Shown here piece after piece: positions 54,950-64,000 of a stretch of 64,000 bases of DNA. The position numbers and the translations under genes were made by a program. The number at the start of each line of letters is the position of its first letter. Within the stretch, counting starts at the first letter, position 1. The stretch comes from the human T2T-CHM13v2.0 reference genome, Homo sapiens. The notes under the pieces are model-generated. The model was not told where the DNA came from, did no database searches, and saw nothing but the letters and a program-made list of their open reading frames with translations. The DNA lies in assembly GCF_009914755.1 (NCBI RefSeq), contig NC_060928.1. One strand, given 5' to 3'.

Positions 54950-55700
54950 TTCTTTTATTTAATTAAATACTTGGAGGGAGCCTATCATGTGCCAGGCATT
55001 ATTTTAATCGCTGGCAAAACAGCAGTAAACAAGAACAAGGTCCATACTTTCTTGACATTTGCATTTAAAATGCTATTGATTTATCTATAAACTCATTCAT
55101 TTAATGACTAAAAGACCATCAAAATAATCATAACAATAACAAAATGTTCAATTGAAGCCAAGATTATTGCAAAAGCCTCATATTTGATTTTTCATCTTAT
55201 TTCTCCCAATGTGAATTCCCTGTATCAGTTAAATAATTAATTAGTTATTATTTAACATTTAATTGTTGGAAATATACATATAAATATGGATATTAATGTA
55301 AATTTAAATATATACACACACATGTATATATGTATCCATATATATATACATTCATGTATAAATTTTCATATGTTTTCATCTTTGAAAGGCCTCCCCACAT
55401 TTGATTTATAAAATATGAGCAGAAGGCTATAGAGACACAAAGAAGACAGTGAAGAACCAAATGGAGCTGAGGAGAGTTATGAAAGGATTTCAATAAGAAA
55501 ATATGTGAGCTGAAGCTTAAAATGGAAACTCTTCCATTGGACAAAGAACATTTTAAAAGTGTGGAAGTGAACAGTAGAGAGATATACCATAGGGACTTCA
55601 AGCAGAATGAAACTGAAAACTAATTTTTAGAGTTAGCTACAAGATGGTTAGAGGTTTTATTTGGAAAAAAAAATAGCAAGAATGTCAACGCAAAAGGAGG
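54950..55700 (-). mobile_element. LINE-2 fragments
   Basis: gagcctatcatgtgccaggcattattttaatcgctgg...cagcagtaaacaagaac; gagctgaagcttaaaa. Boundaries are approximate. Confidence 0.5.
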
Positions 55701-55849
55701 AAACCATATAAAAGAAAGGACATTAAAGGTTTTAAGTTGTAACTATAAGATAATATAATGTGTAACTATGAAAAAGGAGTGAGAACTTAGAACTGAAGTT
55801 CTGAGAAGGTGAATAAAATATAAGGGTTGAGGCAGTTTACATTTAAAAA

Positions 55850-56080
55850 TAGCTGTAAGAGCTAACACTCTACACAATGACTTAACTAAAATATACTAAA
55901 CCCTTACATACACCAATTCACAGAAACTTCTCAACAATCCTATGAAGTAGATACTATCATTATGCCCATTTTACAGGTGAAGATACTGAGGTAAGGAAAA
56001 ACTACAACTAGCAGTGCAGTTGATAAAATGCAGCAAGTCTGGATTCAGAGTCCATATGTCTAACCATTGGTACCACCATA
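55850..56080 (-). mobile_element. MIR
   Basis: caacaatcctatgaagtagatactatcattatgcccattttacaggtgaagatactgagg. Confidence 0.8.
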
Positions 56081-57393
56081 CTATATAATAGGAGTTATAT
56101 CCTAGAAGAGGCGAGAAAACTTGGAATACTTGAATACATTCGTATATATAAAAACTACTTTATATTTTGTAAGGTAAATCCAGATATTTAACACTTTGGT
56201 ACTGCTTAGATTTACTGTACAAGTTAGGTTAATGTTTGTTCTATTTGTGTCTAATTCCTAACATAAAAGGTGCACAATCTTTGCTGAACTAAGTAAAATT
56301 TTGTTCCGCTGTTCCACATCTCCACCCCCCCACCACCCCCCGCTGCCCCATACCCTGCTTTGGGATACCAAGTATCAGAATCAACCACTCTTTAAAACTC
56401 TTTATAGTCCAAGAGTTCATATCTTGCAAGTGCTGGTTGAAAATTCCTCCCTAAACCTGAGTAGAATTACAAGATGCTGACATAAAAGCATTTGAGTTAA
56501 GAAGAAAATGTCCATGAATCAACAATTAAGTAAGTATAAAGACAGACGACAGGGTATTTTAATTTGTCTTCTTAGGAGTTTGAACTGAGAATTCATGATC
56601 TCTATCAAAAACTACTCTGATTTACTTTGGTAATTTCAGTAGTATATTTTATTCTGTACACAATGTACCTGTATTTCTTCTATTTTCTTTCGTATTTGCA
56701 TTTACCGAAAGGAAAGCCGAATGCTTAGGGTTTCTGCATTTAATTGATTTAGATAAACTAGTGCCTTTGATATTTTTAAAAAGCAAAAAAAAATTTGTTT
56801 GCATTATGAAAGATTATGTCATGTTTGTAGCTATCATGTTAATTATGTGGTATTTTACTTATCTTTTTGCAATAGTTTGCACTAAATGCTTATATCCTAA
56901 TTATCAGAAAATAAATAGAAATACTTCAGAAATACTTGACACTAATACTATGTTTTTATATATGGTCTTTGAGAATGTTACTGTAAACATTTAATAATAT
57001 ACTTATTTAAACCAAAATAGACTTGTTTGCCTTTTAATAATATATTTGAAAATGTTATTTCTAACTTCAGAAATATTGTCATTAACATTGTCATAGACAT
57101 AATCAATATGAATACTACTAAAATATTTAAATAGATGTTATTAAAGAAAATAAACAAAGGTATTCTCGGCTTTTATGAATTCATTAAAAAGTTTCTTCAA
57201 TAAATATATAAGTAATACACTAAGAAGAGAATATGGCCATAAAACAGGACACTCCAGAACAGAGCTGGAGATATGGATACATATTAAAGTTAGTATTATG
57301 TGTGCAAAAATTTAGTAATAATCATACAGAAATAGTGAGATTAAGGAAAATATGTAAATCTTTTGTTTTTATTCAACTTATACTTTTCCTAAA

Positions 57394-57397
<4 letters not shown>

Positions 57398-57436
<39 letters not shown>
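57398..57436. repeat. (CA)~19 microsatellite
   Basis: Directly visible. Confidence 0.95.
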
Positions 57437-57439
<3 letters not shown>

Positions 57440-58012
57440 GGAGGAATTTTCTAATCTTACCAGAAATAATGTAAAGTTATTTTCGATTACTTCATAGTAA
57501 AAAATACACTTCAATTAAATAAGCTAATTTTTTTGTAGCATCAGGTCTAGTAATCATAAGCAATTCAAAGATTTATTACTCATCCAGGCATATGCAAAGC
57601 AAGCGGGGGGCCTTTGAGGAGGAGCGATACCACCTTGAGGAGGGTTCTCTGATGTCTGGGAAAAGGGAGAGAAGGAGAAGAAAAAGAAGAGGAAAAGCCT
57701 TGTCTCCGGAGCCATTTTTAGTGGCCCATCTCCCTATGGGTGTCTTCAGAGGTGGTAGTTTGGGGAAGAAGAGCAAAGAAATTGAGGAGGCTGCTTTGTG
57801 TGCAACTTACCAAGCTTACTAGAAGTAAGTAAGGCTAAGATTTCTGTCTGTAGTTGTCTGCCCTAGGCTTGTGTTAATGTTTCCACCAGATGTCATTTTG
57901 CTGTCAGTAATTTACTGTTTCCAAACTTATTTCTCCACAAATAAAATATCAAAAATAAATTTACTACATAATAGACAAAAGGTTAACAATTTAAAGATGG
58001 ATAATCCCTGTC

Positions 58013-58094
58013 AATATACTATATTAATTTTCTAATAACTTCAGCATCTTTAATATACTATATTAAATTTTTAATACCATCAGCACCTTTAATA
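58013..58094. repeat. 39-bp tandem duplication, 2 copies, within old L1ME-like sequence
   Basis: aatatactatattaattttctaataacttcagcatcttt followed by aatatactatattaaatttttaataccatcagcaccttt. Confidence 0.85.
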
Positions 58095-58814
58095 ACCTAA
58101 TATAAAAGTTGGTGATATAAAGTAATTAATTGAAGAAAAATGCAAATGACCTGTAAACATGAAAAAATAAAAAAAGTTTAGCTTCATGTGAATTAAACTA
58201 TCCAACTGGCAAAATTAAAAATAATCTAAAAACATATACTACTGAGGGTGTGAGAAAAACAGTATTTCCATAATTTATTTGAAAAAATGAAAGCTATTTG
58301 CAAAGTATATTTATAGTATTTACTTAAATTTGAAATGTATAGATCTAAAATAATTTATCTTTACCACTAGTTAAATATATCTTTAAAAATGCTCACTCTG
58401 GTATTACTTATGATAGGAAAATTTTTAAAAAAGGCAGAGTGGAAGAAAGGAAAAAAGGGAGAGAGGAAGAGATAAAGTAAGAAAGAGAAAAAAGAGCAAT
58501 TGGAATGACCTAGAAGAACAAATTATGGTGTATCCATTCTATGGAATGCACTACAACTACAGATATTTCTGCATTTCATTACAAAATAACTGTTTAAAAG
58601 AACTACTGACTCGCACTGACTCTGTAAAACATATTAATAAAAAAATGGTTTGGAACATTTGGAAATTGAAGGTACCAGAAAAAAAATTCTTCTCAATTAA
58701 GAAATATAATCTAAGCTAAATAGAATAATTATCAAGGAAATCTACTAGCTAGCCAAATCAATTGCACTTCTTGATTACATCTTTGTTGTAAGTGCATGCC
58801 TATAATCTTTTTAT

Positions 58815-58960
58815 TCTAACATTTATAGAGCGTTCACCATGTGCCAGTACTATGCCAGGTGTTTGACATAGATTTCACCATTTAATCTTCCAAATAACCA
58901 AAAGACTTAGATGCTATTATTACCCTATTTAATATATACATAAACAGGCTATGTATAATT
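58815..58960 (-). mobile_element. MIR fragment
   Basis: aacatttatagagcgttcaccatgtgccagtactatgc...catttaatcttc...tattattaccctattt. Confidence 0.65.
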
Positions 58961-59002
58961 TTCTAAATAAAATGTCCAATGTAATTCAGTTTATAAGAAG
59001 AG

Positions 59003-59404
59003 GTTATGACCTGAATATTTGTGCCACCCCCCCGCCACAACACCCCATCCAAATTCATATATTGAAGTCCTAACCACCAATGCAATGGAATTTAAAACGG
59101 GGCCTATGGGAGGTAATGAGGCTTCAGTGAGGTCATTAGGGTGGGGCCTCCATGAGAAGAGCTCTTATAAGAAGAGGAAACCTTAAAGAGATCTTTCTTT
59201 CTCTCTCCACATGTATGCACCAAGGAAAAGCCATGTGAAATTATAGCAGAAGGCAACTGTGTGCAAACCAGTAAGAGAACTCTCACCAAAAATGAATTGG
59301 ACAGCACATTGACCTTGAACTTCCCAGTCCCCAGAATTGTGAGAAAATTAATTTCTGTTGTTTATGTCAACCAGTCTATGGCATCGCTAGCTAATTAAAA
59401 CACA
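59003..59404 (+). mobile_element. MLT1A/B-type MaLR LTR
   Basis: ccaaattcatatattgaagtcctaacc...gaggtcattagggtggggcc...gaacttcccagtccccagaattgtgagaaaattaatttctgttgttta. Confidence 0.85.
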
Positions 59405-60229
59405 GTCTGCCTACAAAGATTGACTCTTTGTGTTATACTGACTCCACAAATCTATATATCAGTGCCATTCTGTGTACTTGTATGTGTGTAGAAACTGGAC
59501 ATCCAGATATGTAAGTGCTCACACACACTCATGCATCCACACAATAATTTTTACATATTTCATATTAATATGTTGCATTATTAAATTTCTGAGTTTCTAT
59601 AAATAATAAAGCAGAATAAAATTACATATGCCCACCACAACCATATTTTTCCTTAGAGCTAGTAACAAAACATTTTTGAAGACACTTTATGTTGTCTATA
59701 ATGATAAGAATAGTCATTATGAATTGACAGTGCCCCATAAGGTGAGAAGAAACTGAAATGCAGAGGAGGGTAAGTGACTTGTGGCAGTCAGAGTCACTGC
59801 CTAACACTTGAGATGACAACTCTAAAGTCTCAGATCTTTACTAAGTTCACCAGATCATGATCATTTATACAGTGAACTTCTGAAGTTAGAAACCCTTTAA
59901 AGTCGCTATTTGAACAAACTATATATTCTCCAACAGTTCTTTTCAAAGAACGATGCTAGAAACCTAAAACACCTTGGAGACTTGCCTTTTAGAAGAGCAA
60001 ATCTAAAATGTCAGGTATAGTAGATGAGAAGGTCCAGCTGTAGTATCCTGGGGTTTGCCCTAGTTATTTACAACTTGTCTAGACTGAGGCATTGTACTTC
60101 ATAGATGTTTCTGCTTTTCATTACTTTTTTAAAAAGTGTATCCATATATAACTTTTCCCTATCTGAATTACATAAAGCTATCCAAGTTTTTCTAATATGT
60201 TGGTGAATTTTAGCTGCACAAAACCGGTA

Positions 60230-60770
60230 ATTGTATGAGATGGAATCTTGTTAGAAAAATAGTAAACATACTAGATATTTCAACAGAGGGCATTTAATAT
60301 AGGGAGTTGTTTATACTGTTACTGCGATACCGAATTAGATGGAAAGGAAATATTGAGGTAACCCAATGACAATCACTGAAAGAGGCAGCTATCATTTCCA
60401 GGTTGAAGATAGGAAAAATTTAAGGCATATCAGAAACAAGAAGCCTGGCTGAAGCTACCTTAGAAGCCTGGGGGAGGGCCTTTGAAGGGGTGCAATGAGG
60501 CTGGTTCTAGCAATGCCTAAAGAAGACCGAGGCTAGAATCTCCTGTTGCTGTGAAGGCAAAAAACAATTACTAGAGCAGTAATACCTAGAATGGCAAGCT
60601 AATAGGAAAGGCAATTTCCCCTCCGCACTCCATCTGCTTTCTAGTCTCCTTTGCATTCTCTCTTACTGGTGAACTCTGACAGAAAACCATTGGGCAAAGG
60701 AGAAACATGTTTGCTGGGTCTCAACCCTAGCAATAGCAGAGTAGCCTATAGTAGGATGACCTATTTCCTT
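60230..60770. mobile_element. Old LTR-like fragment (possibly MLT1M/N type)
   Basis: atttcaacagagggcatttaatatagggagttg and ccattgggcaaaggagaaacatgtttgc resemble ancient MaLR-type LTRs. The assignment is weak. Confidence 0.35.
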
Positions 60771-60807
60771 GAAAAAAATAGTTTCTACTTGCAGATGTTT
60801 GTGTGCC

Positions 60808-60860
60808 TGTGTGTGTGTGTGTGTGTGTGTGCGTGCACGTGTGCACGCGCACATGCGCAC
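60808..60860. repeat. (TG)n plus mixed alternating purine-pyrimidine tract
   Basis: 53 bp of uninterrupted R/Y alternation. Confidence 0.9.
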
Positions 60861-61069
60861 TGGGGGTACACATCTATGTGTGCAAGTTTCCTGTAGATTT
60901 GATTTGTACTGTAACAGGAAACATCTATTGCTAAGAAGTTGACTCTTATTTGAAAGGCTGATATAGTGGACCTGTGTACTTATATAGTAATTTTACTAAT
61001 GTTGCTACCAAGTAATTAGGCTACATGTTTTCATTAAAACTGTTTTACTTTTATAATAGTGCAAATGTG

Positions 61070-61520
61070 AACTTAAATTCCAGTTCTGCCACTTTCTAGC
61101 TGAGTAATTTAGGGAAAATCACTTACCCGTGCTGAAGATCCTTTTGTCTCTGCAAAATGAAGATAATATCTATCCTTAAGTTGTTATAAAGATTAAGGAT
61201 ATGATATATATACATATAATCTAGCCAGCATCTATTATATAGTACTGCCCAGTATAATATTATTGTAGATACAAGTCACTTTCATTTGAATAATCTTATT
61301 TAATCTTTATAAAATCTCAGGAGAAAAGAGGAAATCAAAGATCCATTTATTGAATGTTACTATGCACAGTACACTGATAGAAGAATTTTTATAGGAGCTA
61401 TCTTGTATATATACCTTGTCTGGTTTTTCCAACTGAGAGAAATTAAGTTTAAACAGGTGAAGTGATTGGCTCAGTCCTGCACAGTGTTAACATCCACAGC
61501 CAGTGTACTTTTATTGCCCT
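61070..61520. mobile_element. MIR fragments (plus strand ~61070-61270, minus strand ~61345-61520)
   Basis: aaattccagttctgccactttctagctgagt...tgcaaaatgaagataata; catttattgaatgttactatgcac...aggtgaagtgattggctcag. Confidence 0.6.
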
Positions 61521-62739
61521 GAGTTTAGCTAAAATACTTAGTGTATAAATTGTGGATTTACTTCAGATCAGAAACATTTTATTTATTTTTTTGCTGCTGT
61601 AACCAATATTTACCTTCTTTCTTTGGTAGTTCTTCTGTATTATATTACCACTTCATCACTATTTATTGAAAAATATAAAAAACCTAAAAATTCTGATGCC
61701 TTTTGCTTGGTTGCTTTTAGAAGTAATTGTATTTTTCCCCTCAAAAACTTAAATTCTTTTATCCCTAGTCTTTTCCTCATATTCCTGGGTACCTAAAAAA
61801 ATTGATATTTTTCTCAGTTTTTCTTTGAATTAGTCACTTAACACATTTTTATTTTGTTTAAACAATACAGAAAATATAGCAAAGAAATAAATAGTATTGG
61901 AGTTTAGAAGAGTTGAATTCAGAAATGTTACTGTGATTTATGTTTTATCCTGCACTTCAAAATAAATAAAATACTTCTTTTTCTAGTCTGCAAATGTCTC
62001 TTATTTTTTATTCATGTTTTGGATACACATTTTTATAGGATATCCATAAACTGAGGGCCATGGTAACTTTAAATCAATCTATACTTTAAAAACCTTGAAA
62101 TTTAGTGTTGGGGTTCATGATTTAAATTTGTTATATGCACATTTTAAATTTACAAACAAATTGTTCAAAATAATTTAGATTTTCTTTATCTAATCCAGTA
62201 TGTGACTATGAAGTTTATAACTGATTGAACAAAAATATTACATTTTTAAACAATATGTTATTTAATTGACTTATTCATCAGTGTTTAAGAGCATTGATAA
62301 TCACAGATGAAAAAGCCTAGTTCAAAGCAAATGATGAATAGCTGGAAGCCTTCAAATATTGCTTCTTTATGAGAAAAGTTAATTGGTCATATAGTTTCGT
62401 AGTAATGAAGATGCCAACAGGACTGTGAGCATTATAAAGAAAATTTATCATCAAGAAAATTCACATTAAATATAATATCTGTGTACTCCAGCCTTAACTT
62501 GCAAGCTTGAAAGAAATCGGTTGCTATCTAAAATTTTAGCCCTTTTTTCCTATAGGTTGGTGTTCCATACCTTTACTTGGTGACCTTCTGTTTGACAGAT
62601 TACACTTACTACATTCATTAAACAAAAAGTTTAATGTTCTTGTACAAAAATATTAATTTTGGTTCAAATAGCTATACGTCAAACTACTTCAAATCCACAT
62701 ATGGATAAAACCTCAGGAGCAAAGCTAACAATTTCTTCT

Positions 62740-63840
62740 TTTATCTTCTCTAGTAGTTCAAGGAATAGAAATATTACCAATTAGGGATGGCGTGCTTCTT
62801 AAATACTGAGTTCATTCTGAAATTGAACATTCAAAATATACCATCTCCTTTGTCACCAGTGTCATCTGGGCCACCACTATCTCTCCTGAGTCCTGAAATA
62901 ACATCCTAACTGGTGTTCTTTCTTCCACTCTGGCCACATAGCTATTAGCTACATAGCTGTCAAAGCGATCTTTGTAAAACAAAAGTTAGATCATGTCAAT
63001 TATCTGCTTCACCCTCATGATATTTTTAATATAATAACAAATGTTTCAATGGGTTACAATGCCTTCAATAACTACAGATGTCTGCTTAATGCAATTGTAC
63101 CAATTGTCTATTATTTTTAAAACTTGGTATTATCTTTGCTTTATTGTCTTAGTATGAATAACTTTATATAATGACTAGAATTAGGTCTATTTGGAATAAA
63201 ATCCTATCATAATCAGTCAAAAAATTTATTTGTTCATTTAATCATTACTTTACTTAATAAATATGCTTTTTCCTGTATATTTTATTAAAAGCATTGATAG
63301 ATACTGTGACACTACAGGAAAAGGAAAACAAGCAAACTGTGAAAGCCACAAGCATTATTCTTGTAGAACTTAGCTTCTAGTGAGGGATACAAACAAGTAA
63401 AAGAGGCTATTACAATGTGGAAATAACTATAGTGGTAGGATAGTGTACTATGGGAACACATATGTAAAACACCTCTTCTGGACCTGAAGAATCAGGCAAG
63501 TCTACTAAAGGAAATGAATTATAACTTAAGATATGAATAATGTACAGAAATAGTCACATAAAAGAGTGTAGGGATGCTCATGTATGCACATGGGGTGCAT
63601 GTATGGACATAAAGTACATTATATGTGTGTATGTGTTGTGGAGGGATTGGGGGTCATTGTATGATATTGAGATACTTAAATATGTTTCTATATGGCTGCG
63701 ACACAAATGGTGAAGTTGGAGAATAAAACATCAAGTAATAACAAAAGCAGGGACAAATAACATAGCTCCAATAAGCCATATTAAAGAGTTTGAATAATTT
63801 ATTCTAAGACCAACTGGTTATATTCAATAGTTAGAATTAA
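62740..63840. mobile_element. LINE-2 fragments (plus ~62740-63100, minus ~63220-63840)
   Basis: cctaactggtgttctttcttccactctggcc...aaagcgatctttgtaaaac...gatcatgtca; cttagcttctagtgaggga...tagtgtactatgggaacac. Confidence 0.55.
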
Positions 63841-63878
63841 AGACTGCTATTACCATGTCTGCGTTTTTAAAAGCTCAT

Positions 63879-64000
63879 TTTTTTTTTTTTTTTTTTTTTG
63901 TTCCTTGAGACAGGGTCTTGTTCTGTCACTCAGGCTGGTGTGCAGTAGCATGATCATAGCTCACTGTAACCCTGAACTCCTGGGCTCAAGCAATCCTCCC
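63879..64000 (-). mobile_element. AluJ/FLAM-type element, cut by the window edge
   Basis: T-tract then gagacagggtcttgttctgtcactcaggctgg...tcatagctcactg...ctcctgggctcaagcaatcctccc. Confidence 0.88.

Overview
AT-rich, repeat-laden hominid (most likely human) genomic DNA. It is an internal part of the EPHA5 receptor tyrosine kinase gene on the minus strand. Three coding exons are present, with exact splice boundaries readable from the sequence: 37462-37338 and 31328-31169 together encode the second fibronectin type III domain, and 21362 (or 21365)-21260 encodes the juxtamembrane linker plus the transmembrane helix. The rest is intron. It holds a deleted MER52 (ERV1) provirus with both LTRs, a 4-bp TSD and gag/pro/env remnants; two young 5'-truncated L1PA elements in opposite orientation; old L1M, L2 and MIR fragments; several Alus; MaLR and other solo LTRs; and microsatellites. 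Almost all entries in the ORF track are repeat-derived or random. I found no evidence for a wholly new biological system. The best leads are isoform-generating features around the EPHA5 exons (a NAGNAG acceptor, intron read-through stops plus poly(A) signals that would give secreted or kinase-less receptors, and an RBFOX motif in a weak acceptor), a candidate bHLH/NFI/homeobox enhancer, and a mini 3' transduction in an L1. Repeat subfamily names and gene identity come from recall of consensus sequences, not from a database search.
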